From: Squalus acanthias
Lineage: Eukaryota
Assembly (NCBI GenBank): GCA_030390025.1
Contig: CM059433.1
Span: 17,610,001 to 17,674,000, forward strand
Direction: 5' to 3'
DNA: 64,000 nucleotides
The translations under genes and the position numbers were made by a program. The notes under the pieces are model-generated. The model worked only from the letters and a program-made list of their open reading frames with translations, made no database searches and was not told the DNA's origin. Below, in pieces: positions 11,816-24,258 of this stretch (position 1 is its first letter; each line of letters begins with the position of its first letter).

Positions 11816-11949
11816 GAGAACCTCCAGCGAAAACAACAACAACAAAAGTAACAACTGCAAAACAACTAAAGTGACATCACAACCAGGGAAGGAGCTGATT
11901 GGTGAGTAGCTGGTAAGTGTTTCTAGTTGATAGCCTATTAAGTAAAGGC

Positions 11950-12880
11950 ATAACAGGGCAGCTCAGTCCCGCGAATGCACATCCTGTGCCATGTGGGGAC
12001 TCCAGGACGCTTCCCGTGTCCTGGACAACCACATGTGCAGGAAGTGTCGTCAGCTGGAGGAGCTCGAGCTCCGGGTTTTGGAGCTTGAACAGCAGCTGGC
12101 GTCACTGTGGTGCATCCACGAGGCTGTGAGCTTTGTGGATAGCACGTTTCAGGAAGTGGTCACCCCGCAGATAAAGAGTGTGCAGGCAGCAAGGGAATGG
12201 GTGACCACCAGACAGAAGAGGAGGACCAGGCAGTTAGTGCAGGAGTCCCATGAGTGCATCTCGCTCTCCAACCAGTACTCGGTTCTGAGTACTGGTGAGG
12301 GCGATGGTTCCTCTGGGGAGTACAGCGAGAGCCAAGTCTGCGGCACCACGGGTGGCTCAACTGTACGGCGGGAAGGAAGAAGAGGGGGAAAGCAATAGTG
12401 GTAGGGGATTCGATAGTTAGTGGAACAGACAGGCGTTTCTGCGGCCACAGATGTGACTCCAGGATGGTATGTTGCCTCCCCGGTGCCAGGGTCAAGCATG
12501 TCACCGAACGGCTGCAGAACATTCTGAGGCTGGAGGGTGAACAGCCAGAGGTCGTGGTCCATATCGGTACTAACGACATAGGTAGAAAGAGGGATGAGGT
12601 CCTACAGGCAGATTTTAGGGAGCTAGGAAAGAGATTAAAAAGCAGGCCCTCAAAGGCAGTAATCTCTGGATTACTCCCGGTGCCACGAGCTAGTGAGTAT
12701 AGAAATAGGAGGATAGAGCAGATGAATGCATGGCTGGAGAGATGGTGCAGGAGGGAGGGCTTTAGATTCCAGGGGCATTGGGACTGGTTCTGGGGGAGGT
12801 GGACGGGTTGCACCTCAACAGGGCTGGAACCAATATCCTCACGGGGAGGTTTGATAGTACTGTTGGGGAGAGTTTAAATT
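11950..12880 (+). pseudogene. CR1 ORF1 (zinc finger/leucine zipper plus SGNH esterase), frameshifted
   Basis: HMCRKCRQLEELELRVLELEQQL; VGDSIV...CCLPGARV...VHIGTND. Confidence 0.9.
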
Positions 12881-13029
12881 AATTTGGCAGGGGAATGGGT
12901 ACCAGGATGTAACATTAGAAAGGGGAAATAAAGTGCTGAAAGGATTGGGAGAGGCAGAGAGCACTAAAGTAAGAAATAGTAAGGTATTAGGTGGGGTCAA
13001 ACTAAGAGAGAATACAGGATGGTCCAAGA

Positions 13030-16000
13030 TGGGTTTACAGTGTATGTATGTGAACGCACGAAGCGTAGTAAACAAGGTAAGTGAGCTGCAGGCACAAATA
13101 GCCACATGGGAATATGATGTTGTGGCAATAACTGAGATCTGGCTGAAAAAAGGCAGGATTGGGTATTAAATATTCCTGGTTATAAAGTGTTCAGGAAAGA
13201 TAGGGAATGAAAGATAGGAGGTGGTGTGACAGTATTGGTTAAGGAGAATGTTACAGTGCTGGAGAGGGAGGTGCCATTACACTACTAGGTGTATTCTATA
13301 GACCACCAAATAGTGGGAAAGATATGGAGGAGCAAATTTGCAGAGAAATTACAGAGAGGTGCAAGAACTATAGAGTAGTAATAATGGGGGACTTCAACTA
13401 TCCTAATATAGACTGGGATTGTAATAGTGTTAAGGGCAGAGAAGGGGAAGAATTTCTGAAGTGTGTTCAGGAGAACTTTCTTGATCAGTATGTTTCTGGC
13501 CTGACGAGGGAGGAGGCATTGCTGGATCTGGTTTTGGGGAATGAGGTCGATCAAGTGGAGCAAATGTCAGTAGGTGAACATTTAGGGAACAGTGATCATT
13601 GTATCATAAGGTTTAGATTAGCTATGGAAAAGGACAGGGAGCAATCTAGAGTAAAAATGTTTAAATGGGGGAAGGTCAATTTCAGTGGGATGAGAATGGA
13701 TCTGGCCCAGATAAACTGGAATCAAAGATTGGCAGGCAAAACTGTAATGGAACAATGGGCTGCCTTTAAAGAGGAAATAGTTCAGGTACAGTTGGGGTAC
13801 ATTCCCACTAGGGGGAAAGGCAGGGCAAGTAAAGTCAGAGTTCCCTGGATGATGAAAGAGATAGAGAATATGATGAAGCAGAAAAAAGCGTGTATGACAG
13901 ATGTCAGGTTGCAAATACATCTGAGAATCAGGCTATACATAGAAAGCTCAGAGGAGAAGTGAAAAAGAAAATAAGAGGGGCAAAGAGAGAGTATGAGAAT
14001 AGAATGGCAGCCAACATAAAAGGTAATCCAAAAGTCTTCTATAGGCATATAAATAGTAAAAGGGCAGTAAGAGGAGGGGTGGGGCCGATTAGGAACCAAA
14101 AAGGAGACCTATGCATGGAGGCAGAGGGTATGGCTGAGGTACTAAACGAGTACTTTGCATCTGTCTTCACCAAGGAAGAGGATGCTGCCATAGACATAGT
14201 AAAGGAGGAGGTAGTGGAGATACTTGATCGGATAAAAATTGATAAAGAGGAGGTATTAGAAAGGCTGGCTGTGAAGGGATAATTACAAGTCCTAGCCCTT
14301 TCGGACTACCCCAGATCAGGCGTATTCCCCAGACGTTTACCTTTAACTAAAGTTAGCGGTAGCCGGATCCTATAAGACGCTTAATTGGGTCTAAAGGTCA
14401 AACTACCTCTCCCTAAAGTAAAGAAACGGCCTGAAGATGTTACCATCCTCCGGATAGCACTTTACAAGTTTAACTAGATTGTAACCTTCTGGATATTATG
14501 AGGGTCCGGAAAACCCCCCAGAATTCTGCAACTCCTCTCTGAAGAGTGTACAGAAATTGAGTTTGCGAGATTGATACAGAAATACTCCTTGAGACAATTT
14601 TAAAAATATATAGATTTATTAAAGAACCGACATCTAGTTAACAGCTGGTATGGCAATCGCAACTTTAACCGTTCAAAATACAAATAGCTTACATTTCTTA
14701 TCAGAGTTTCTTATTCTCAAATCTTAACTTCGTTATATTTCCACACTTCTACTTATTTCTTAATCCAGAATATCCACCAAAATCAAATACCTTGATTACC
14801 CGAGACTCAGAGTTGTAAACTTACAGAGCGTGCCTGTGAAGTTGAGAAACGCTTGCCCTTCCAGCGACTTCTGACTTTTCATCTGAAAAGCTCTTATTTT
14901 TATACTATTTTTTAGTGGTATTTTCTTTGAAGTTTCCTGCTGATGTAAGCTAATTATCTCTAGTGATTCTTTATTGAATTCTTTTCTATTCTTACTGTCA
15001 TTTCAGCTGCCAACTTTTAGGATTCTGTTTTTACCTTTAGGTGTTTCAAAAACTATCATAAAATGGTTATTGTCGATTTATCTATTTGATGCTATTCTTA
15101 GTGTTCTGTGCACCTGTTTGACGTGTTAGATTTTAACACTTTACTTGGGCATTGCTATTGTTTTGTTCCAAACTCTAGACATTCTGGAAGCACCAATGGT
15201 TTGCTTCAATAGGGGCTTTGTCTCTGTATTTACAAACCAATTCCCATTTCAAAGCTTGTTTTCACAGCTTTGTGTTAACAAACCATCTTATCTCAGAAGC
15301 CTGTATTGTGCCAGCAGCCTGTGTCGCTGAGGCTTTCCAGACTTTTAAACCCAGTATGTCTTGTATTAATAATATCAGAAATCTGTTTATAGGATGGTGT
15401 ATTTTCTGAAATATGGCTATTCCATTACATCTGTACTTTAAGTAGATAAATCACCAGGAGCGGATGGGATGCATCCCAGGATGCTGATGGAATCGAGGGA
15501 GGAAATCGCTGAGGTACTGGCCATAATATTCCATTCCTCCTTAAATACAGGGGTGGTGTCAGAGGACTGGAGAATTGTAAATGTTACACCATTGTTCAAA
15601 AAAAGGTGTAATGATAAACCCAGCAACTACAGGCCAGTCAGTTTGACCTCGGTAGTGGGGTCGCTTTTAGAAACAATAATCAGGGACAAAATTAACAGTC
15701 ACTTGGACAAGTGTGGATTAATTAAGGAAAGTCAGCACGGATTTGTTAAAGGCAAATCGTGTTTAACTAACTTGATTGAGTTCTTTGATGAAGTAACGGA
15801 GAGGGTTGATGAGGGTATTGCAGTTGACGTAGTGTACATGGATTTCCAAAAGGCATTCGACAAAGTGCCACAAAATAGGCTTGCCAGCAAAGTTGAAGTC
15901 CATGGAATAAAAGGGACAGTGGGAGCATGGATACGGAATTGGCTAAGTGATAGGAAACAGAGAGTAGTGGTGAACGGTTGTTTTTCGGATTGGAGGACGG

Positions 16001-16941
16001 TATACAGTGGTGTTCCCCAGGGGTCGGCTCTAGGACCACTGCTTTTCTTGATATATATTTATGACTTGGACTTGGGTGTACAGGGCACAATTTCAAAATT
16101 TGCAAATGACACAAAACTTGGAAGTATAGTGAACAGTGAGGAGGAGAGTGATAGACTTCAGGAAGACATAGACAGGCTGGTGAAATGGGTGAACATGTGG
16201 CAGATGAAATTTAATGCAGTAAAGTGTGAAGTGATACATTTTGGTAGGAAGAACGAGAAGAGGCAATATAAACTAAAGGGTACAATCCTAAAGGGGGTGC
16301 AGGAACAGAGAGACCTGGGGGTATGTGTGCACAAATCGTTGGAGGTGGCAGGGCAGGTTGAGAAAGCTGTTAAAAAGGCTTAAGGGATCCTGGGCATCAT
16401 AAATACAGGTATAGAGTACAAAAGTGTAGAAATTATGATGAACCTGTATAAAACACTGGTTCGGCGTCAACTGGAGTACTGTGTCCAATTCTGGGCACCA
16501 CACTTTAGGAAGGATGTGAAGGCCTTAGAGAGGGTGCAGAAAAGATTTACGAGAATGATTCCAGCGATGAGGGACTTCAGTTACGTGGATAGACTGGAGA
16601 AGCTGGGGTTGTTCTCCTTACAGCAGAGAAGATTGAGAGGAGATTTGATAGAGGTGTTCAAAATCATGAGGGGTTTGGACAGAGTAGATAGAGAGAAACT
16701 GTTCCCATTGGCAGAAGGGTCGAGAACCAGAGGACACAGATTTAAGATGACTGGCAAAAGAACCAAAGGCGACGTAAGAAAAAACTTTTTTACGCAGCGA
16801 GTGGTTAAGATCTGGAATGTACTGCCTGAAAGGGTGGTGGAGGCAGACTCAATCACGGCTTTCAAAAGGGAGTTGGATAAGTACCTGAAGGAAAGAAATT
16901 TGCAGGGCTACGGGGAAAGGACGGGGTATGGGACTAGCTGA
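13030..16941 (+). pseudogene. CR1 ORF2 (AP endonuclease plus reverse transcriptase), disrupted
   Basis: YVNARS, GDFNYP and SDH endonuclease motifs. RT motifs NYRPVSLTS, QHGF, DFQKAFDKV, GVPQGS and FANDT (catalytic DD mutated to ND). Contains stops, frameshifts, a deletion near 13270 and the LTR insertion. Confidence 0.93.
14272..15429 (-). mobile_element. Solo LTR (1158 bp) of an ERV or LTR retrotransposon
   Basis: Non-CR1 block splitting ERLAV|LxVDKSPG. Minus strand reads TGTAATGG...CCCTTCA. 4-bp TSD gctg/tctg (one mismatch). Minus-strand TATAAAA at 14904-14898 and AATAAA at 14620-14615. Confidence 0.75.
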
Positions 16942-17692
16942 AGTGCTCTTGCAGAGAGCCGGCACGGGCTCGACAGGCCGAATGGCCTTCTTCCGTGCTG
17001 TAACCATTCTATGATTCTAAGGGTTAATATTATGAAAGGAGTATTTTTGTTTTCCCAAAGGGCAGTTTAAGAAGCTTTGTAATAACATTTGTCAAATGTG
17101 CGAAGTATATTTAATAACTGTGCAGCTTCAATTTAAATGAAATGTTTTAATGACTAGGATTTGTAACCAACAATGACAGACAGATGATCAATAAGTCTTA
17201 ATGCGAAATTCACTATATTGAGCACCGCGACTGCCTTCTAACACTTAGCTGGTTTCGATAGGCTGATGGTCGAGTTCACAGTTTGAGTCCTGTGATGTGC
17301 GGTCAGCACCCATCAGGACATGATGGAAACTTAATGGTAGAAATATGATTCCCAGAAAGAGTGTGGGTCTCCTGTCCTGCGGCTGGTACCTGTGCAAACC
17401 GATGGAAGCTTCCCACCACAATCCTGCAATAAGGTAATTGTTCTCGAGGTTAAATCGTCCATTGCGAATAGGTGACCTCTGTTGCCACAGAGCCTGTGTT
17501 CTCTGCAGGTCAGCCATACCTCTTCCACTGAGGATCAACACTGTTAGTAACAGAACAAACAGTGTTGGTGTTTTGGGTGCTGTAATTTTATAACTTTTGA
17601 CAAAAAAACAGTTTGCCATATAATTCTATCTGAATTGGGAACTATTTATTAGGAACAAATATGCCATTCAATTATTTTTTAAAAAAAAAAAT

Positions 17693-18019
17693 GTTTATTC
17701 GCTTATGGGATGTGGGCGTCGCTGGCAAGGCCAGTATTTATTGCCCATTCCTAGTTGCCCTTGAGAAGGTGGTGGTGAGCCACCTTCTTGAACCGCTGCA
17801 GTCCGTGTGGTGAAGGTGCTCCCACAGTGCTGTTAGGGAGGGAGTTCCAGGATTTTGACCCAGCGACGATGAAGGATCGGCCATATACTTCTAAGTCAGG
17901 ATGGTGTGTGACTTGGAGGGGAACTTGGAGGTGGTGGTGTTCCCATGCGCCTGCTGCCCTTGTCCTTCTAGGTGGAAGAGGTCGCGGGTTTGGGAGGTGC
18001 TGCCGAAGAAGCCTTGGGT
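17693..18019 (-). mobile_element. 3' end of the tRNA-headed LINE family
   Basis: Near-identical to the reverse complement of 52680-53000 (LRQHLPNPRPLPPRRTRAA...HHHLLKGN). Confidence 0.9.
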
Positions 18020-20053
18020 TACTAATGGTCTTTTCCAAAATGCAGAAAGATGTAGATTGTTGAATATGCATGGCGTGTATTTTGTATCAATATTTTATCA
18101 TTTTTCTTATTAAAATAATAACTAAATAATCCCTTAAATTAAAATTGTTTTCCATAGGAAGGCTGGTAACAAATGTTTCTCTTTCTGAATATTATTGAAT
18201 ATCCAGATCATTCATTGCATTTCAGAGTTAATTAAGGGAAATCAATCTAGAAGCAAAGTACATATATTATTGATTATCATTATTGATTTCTTTTGGAAAT
18301 GTAACACGACTGCGTAAGAATGTAAGAAACGTTTAGGATGTTAAAGGCCATTTGGCTCACCAGCTCATCTCTGCCAGGACTCTTTCAGCCCAGCATCCAA
18401 CTGGATTTTGAATGCCCTGACGTTTTAATCTTTATTACTCTATTTATCAGATTATTTTACACATTAAGTACAGTTCCTTACATGGAAAAAAAAGTAGTTC
18501 CATAGCCTTTCAGGCAGATGTGTGACAGGAAAGTTGAGAAAAGCAGAAAAATCCAGTCACCTTACTATTAAAGATAATTGTTTTCATTCTTTACATTTAA
18601 CCAAAGGGGTTGCGTCCAGTGAGGCTGCTGAATGTGTTCCTGTAAGATTGACAGGAATAGCCTGTCGTGCTTTTCTGGCTGGTTTTGCTTCTCTCCTGGT
18701 GGGCTCTCCTGGCCTTTGCTTTCCATTCTATCTGATAGCTCAACTGGTCAGTAATTCACTTCTAAGAATCAGTCACAAAGCTACATTCTGCTCCTGACAC
18801 TGCAGTTCAGTAATGTGTGCACAAGCTCACAAGCTAGGCATTTAAGCACGTCCCTTACATCTTTTCTCTTAAAAGTGAATTGATTTTTCAAACTTCAGTT
18901 GAACGGAGGACACAAATTTTCTCTCCTTTCTTGGCTCTCTATTGAATGCCATTCTTTGGGTGAGAAGGTGGGTAAGCTACCTGTTCCCTGACCTTTGCTT
19001 TTACAGTTGATTACCTAACTGGTTGAGGTGACTTTTCCTTTCCTCCCCATGGGGAAGTACTTGCTTTCCACCCCCCCAGCATCTCTCCTGATTATCCTGT
19101 GAGACCAATAACTTTGTTTTAGCGGGCAGATAACAGCACAGCTAGTGTCTGATTCACCTTTCTGTGCTTGGCTGGCATCAAAGTGTGTACCTTACATATC
19201 AGGTTTAACACTGCCGATCCTAAACAGTCTTTACACACTGCAGACTCGCTGACATATTCATAATTGCTATTTGTCCACTACCTTGTGAGAGAGAAAGTCT
19301 GAAATTCTGTTGCAGAGAGTGGAGCACCCTGGCCTTATCTAAATGATGCAAGTCATTTTCTACGATTCAATTATTTCCAGGTCTTTTCATTCTCGAAGCA
19401 CTTTTGCTTCTTTTAATCAGGCACTGTATGTTGCCATATTGCATTTACCTCACGAGAAATGCTTAAGCTGTCAGGAAACCTGACTCAAGAGGCCACGGAT
19501 TTGCTAACTCTTCAATTTATTTACCTAATTAAATATTTTGCCGTGGTAACCACAACAAAATGGAAACGCTTCATCTTTATTAGGGACATTGGGAAAGTAA
19601 CTATGATAACACTTTTGCTCCTAGTGATTTCCAATTGCATTGCTAGAAGGGTGTGTGCTGATGTTACCTTTTCATGGGTTCATTTACAAATTACAACTGT
19701 TCAAACCTTCTTTTGAATAGTTTTCCTTGAATTGCATCATCACTATATTTTTTTTGCTCCACCAAATCAAATCCTCTGGAAATGCAAGATGTTCTACTTT
19801 ATATTTTTAGTTGTACTCTGAAATTTTGCATGTACTCGCGGATTTCCTACGGCGTATCTCATGGGTCAGAGAATGGTAAGACAAATGACCCAGGGGTCAG
19901 GTCTGTCATAGCCGTTCAGCAATGTAGCTTGAACATAAAGGCCAGGCGAACTAGGAACTTGATGTTGAACCCTGCTTGGAGAGTAGAGAGATCCGGGCCA
20001 GGTGAAACAAGTCAGGAAGAGCAGGAGAATTTATGTGGTTTGGGAGAAACAAT

Positions 20054-20784
20054 GGCCCAATATTTACCAGGTGGTGGGGAGGGAGCGTGTTTGCCGGGGT
20101 GAGGGGGGAGGGGGGGAGAAGCCCAGAAATGTCGGGAACGCGGAATGCTGAATTTAACAGCGGGACCTCATTCTCATTTTTATACTCTGGCTACAAGGCT
20201 GCTGCCGTGGACCGTTGGGGATGGTCCCCGGCAACCGGGAAACATCGCGGGTTAAAGGTGGAGTCGGACTGGCAACCGGGAGGAAAGGGGGGGGACCAGG
20301 AATCAGCGCGGGTTGGTGGGGGGGGGGGGGTGGGGGGGGGGTGGATGGGCCAATCACTGGGAGGGAGGCTTGGGATCGCAGATTTGGGTGGGGTCAGCCG
20401 ATTGTCGAAGCGAGGAGAGGCTGCAATCAACAGAAGGTTTGCTTGAGGGGCCGGGGAGGGGGGGGGGCGCGGAAGCGCTCTAAATAGCACTTGACTGCTG
20501 CAGCTGGCAGATCCCACCTTCTTTTAGCAGCCGGATTTCCTGAGCCTTAGGAAATCCGGCCCGCAGCCAGTTAAATTTAAATGGCTGCCAAAATCTGAGA
20601 AACAGAGCCTCATTTACATATTATAATCACTGACCCGCCTCCCCAGAGCCACCAAACCCACCGCCGCTAAAACAGAAGCAGATGCGTTCGGAACACAGTT
20701 GGGTTTGGGTTTTGCAAATTTGCTGATTTAACCCCCCTCCTCCAACCCTCTCCTGCCCGTCGTGGGGAGGTTAAAATTCCCCTC
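20054..20784. mobile_element. MITE related to family B
   Basis: Termini ggcccaatatttacc / ggttaaaattcccctc. The reverse complement of the right arm resembles 7805-7900. Confidence 0.65.
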
Positions 20785-20960
20785 ACCCCCAAATATGTTG
20801 CACAAAAGGAAAAAAAGCAGAAATTTATAAAGAGTGATAGAAGAATAACCAGGGAACTATAGATCTGAACGCATGACATCAAAAATGGGTAACATAATAA
20901 AAAGCAGCCTAAAAGAGAGAATAGTGAGGCATCAGCAGAAATATGGTATGATAAAAAATA

Positions 20961-21147
20961 TGAGAAGTCGCACAACACCAGGTTATAGTCCAACAGTTTT
21001 ATTTGAAATCACAAGCTTCACTTCACCTGACGAAGGAGCAGCAGCTCCGAAAGCTTGTGATTTCAAATAAAACTGTTGGACTATAACCTGGTGTTGTGCG
21101 ACTTCTCACATGTGTCCACCCCAGTCCAACACCGGCATCTCCACATC
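20961..21147 (+). mobile_element. Young Penelope-type mini-insertion with inverted 5' segment
   Basis: Perfect 58-bp inverted repeat (20961-21018 / 21051-21108). Perfect 13-bp TSD atgataaaaaata (20948-20960 and 21148-21160). Confidence 0.85.
21023..21060 (+). ncRNA. Minimal type I hammerhead ribozyme motif
   Basis: TCAC-CTGACGA-A-GGAGC-AGCA-GCTCC-GAA-AGCT-T-GTGA gives stem I, CUGANGA core, stem II, GAAA, palindromic stem III and a CUU cleavage triplet. Confidence 0.8.
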
Positions 21148-23530
21148 ATGATAAAAAATAGACAGCATGGCTTTACAGGTGGGAGACCTTGCTTAACAAA
21201 CCTACGGAAATTCCTTAATGATATAATGGATTTTGTTGAGAAGCCAGACTCAACAGATTTAATCGGGAACATTTTGAGAGGTGATACTGGCAGTGTGGAG
21301 CCTCATGGGCATCGATCGGGCATAGCACAACTTGCTACAGATACACGTAAGCAAGATGGTCCTTTCTTGCCCTTCTTTTCTTATTCTTGGATAGATGGTT
21401 GAACAGATTCATTGACTCATTAGATTTACAGCTCTTTTACAGTGTTAGCATTTATCAGGTAATACTCTGATTGCACGCTACTGACGGGGGTCCTCCCCTG
21501 ACGGGCCTGATAGTGGGAAATTGTCTGCGTGCTGCCCACGATTATCCATCCATTAATTTGGATAAAAGCATACTAATTCTATGCTCTGGTGTAAAGAAAA
21601 ATGAACACTGTTTCATTCTTTGGCACTGATATTTCTTATACTGATAAGTTAAAAACCACCCAAATTTATGGTAATTTTAATACTTCATGAATAGTGATAC
21701 CAGGTTTATGGATTCAAGAGAAGCCTTGTTTCTTCTGAGTTGAATAATGCATGATTGCTCCTCAACTTTTTCTATTTAAGTGGTTGGCGTCTCATGATAA
21801 CAATACTTTTAGTTACACTGAGCAATTGAGATACGAGAGTTCCTTCATTGTCATCAGGTTGAGTCGGTCAAGTTGGGTCAAAGCAATGCTGTCTGCTTCT
21901 GAATGTACAGATAGCAGAATTGATTATCCTTCAGCTGATAGAATTAAAATTGGACTCAGCCATAACTTCAGCATCAGTGTGTCACAGGGAATTTGCTTAT
22001 GTTAGGACTGGGTATGTGTCTACTGACAAAAATTGACAACCACCTCTTGCCACCTTAAAGATGTCCTGAATGGTTAAAGTATTTCATTCTTAAGGAGGTC
22101 TTCGCCCCAGAGCTACATGTTTCATCAGTCTAGTATGAATTTGCAGTTTTGAGAATTTGAGCACAATTTCTTTTTCAAATTCACACTCCATCCTGATCAG
22201 AGAGAAAAGACATTTAAACTCTTTCAATTCCAAATGACAGAACCCTAGACGTAGCATTTGTTTCTGCTGAATATAGTAGATTTGCAGAATTCTTTTACAT
22301 TTTGAGACAAAGAAGTTAGGAGTCCCAGTAATAATGATCTTTCTACTGTATGTGGAATAAATTCTGCATTTCATGTATGTAAACTAACATGGATTTATTA
22401 TTGTTAAGTTATTGGGCACACATTATTATTTTTATTTTGGCTTTCATTTGCATTAATGCTGCTCGGATAGACTGCATACCCATGTCTCACCACCAATATT
22501 ATTGAGTGAGTCCAGAAGACCTTTAATAGGTTTGCAGTCACTGGGCACCATCTTTAACCTTAGCTACACGGCTGTTCTTAACAAACGCTTCATTGACAAC
22601 CTCTCACAACTCAAGAATTCTCTCATGATGGAGAAGGTAGATTTGAGGCGATCAATTGGCTTGTGTGTTTTTTTTTGACATTTTGTAGCACACACTGAGC
22701 TATTAAAACTGAGATTAACTAGTGTATATAAAACTCTTATATACACTAATTAATCTCCTATGGCAATGCACATGGAGAGTCAAGACCAAGTGCAATATTT
22801 AGGCCAAGTATGGTTAGAGGGTGGAGGAGTAATTGGACCCAGATGGGGAGGAGGGAGAGGATTAGATGGAGAGAAAGAGGAACAAGCTGGTGGGCAGAGG
22901 GAGTCATGACTGCGAGTTTGAGGGAGAGGGGAGAGTGGGAGAGGGGGGAATGTAAGAGAATCTCTGTTGAGGGGTCAGTTTTCCTGCTTGAAGTTCAAAG
23001 CTCAAGGGTCAGTTATACTGCTCGGAGGGAGGGGGTGGGGGGAGGGGGAGTCTGGTGCTGCTACATTGTGAGGGTGGGGAGCGGGAAATGGGAAGAATGG
23101 TGTATTAAGACACATTGAGTGACTGCAACAGAACCCATTTTTATGTCAGTATTGAGGGGGGTTCTAAGGGATGTTTTGATACTCATGGGGAGGGGCCACA
23201 GATGATTTCCATGGACAGTGAGGTGGAAGGATCATTAACATCTTCTGTGATGGCTGAAGGATTGGCGGACATTTGTGCTGCTCAGTATAGGGAGGGGGTT
23301 GATGTGTATTCAAATCTTGTCTATGGAGATTTGAGGCGATCAATTGGCTTGAGTGGGTAGTTTTGACATTTTGTCGCATAAACTTAATAATGGTCAGAAA
23401 TTTGATAGACAACCTAAACAGCAGAGCTCTGCCAATCCAACCATGATAGAAAATCAGTTGAACTTCTGTGAGTTTGAGACCAAGACATTATTGCAGCTCA
23501 TGTGAGTGACACCGCGGCACTTACAAGAAC

Positions 23531-24258
23531 GGCCCGTATTTTCCGATGCCTACGGGTGTGTACAGGCTGTGTACACACCCGTAGGGACATCAGAAATGCA
23601 AAGTGCCTGCGCTGAAAACCGGCATTTCCGATCTGTCAAGAATGTTCTTGACAGATCGGACGCCTGCCCTGGAGAAGGGCCTCTGCGGGTGGAGAGTTCC
23701 GCTTTCTGCAGAATCTCCGCCCGCTGAAAACCCTTAGAAATCTCACGCCTGGTAAAAACAAGCGTAAGGCCTGCTTTTACCAGCATAAGAGTTGAAAAAA
23801 GTAAAAACTCATTTATAATTTAAAAATACTTTTAAAAAAGGCAAGTTTATTTTTAGCCCCGTAAAAAACTTTAATTATTTTTTTCAAAAAATAAAATTTT
23901 TGTTTAAAATATTTAATTTAATGTAATTTTAACTCATTTTAAAAACGTGATGGTTTTTTAAAAATTTATTTAATATTTTAGTGTCTTTTTGGGGTGATCT
24001 CCATTCATATATTTGACAGGTCTATCAAAAGTATGGAGGGAGATTCCCTTCTCCTATTGGTTGGCCTGGCCCACGTGATCCCAGGGACGCTTGTGAACCG
24101 CCTGCGCCCCTGGGATACGTGGGCCCTGCGCATTTCGACTTTGGAGAGGCCCAGGAACTGAAATGTCCGGACCTCGGGAGCCCTCAGGCAAGTTCGTAGA
24201 TTTTTTTCCGATAGGAGGCATCCGCACGCAGGCAGCCTCCTATCGGAAATTACGCCCC
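23531..24258. mobile_element. MITE with AT-rich centre (putative Harbinger non-autonomous)
   Basis: TIRs ggcccgtattttccgat / atcggaaattacgcccc. Confidence 0.75.

Larger units (their letters stand above)
11265..17020 (+). mobile_element. Near full-length CR1 LINE (inactive), interrupted by a solo LTR
   Basis: GC-rich 5' UTR, ORF1 and ORF2 remnants in order, 3' UTR ending attctatgattcta. No TSD recognised. Confidence 0.93.
20873..21240 (+). mobile_element. Old CR1 RT fragment hosting a Penelope-type insertion
   Basis: After removing the insert it reads KYGMIKNRQHGFTGGRPCLTNL. Confidence 0.75.

Noticed and set aside
11162..11909. Long ORFs (232, 156 and 165 aa) with hydrophobic or Ala/Arg repeats
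   Set aside because: They are shadow translations of the 66-bp tandem repeat.
17245..17619. 124-aa minus-strand ORF with a signal-peptide-like hydrophobic stretch
   Set aside because: No recognisable domain or supported splice structure. The length is compatible with chance.
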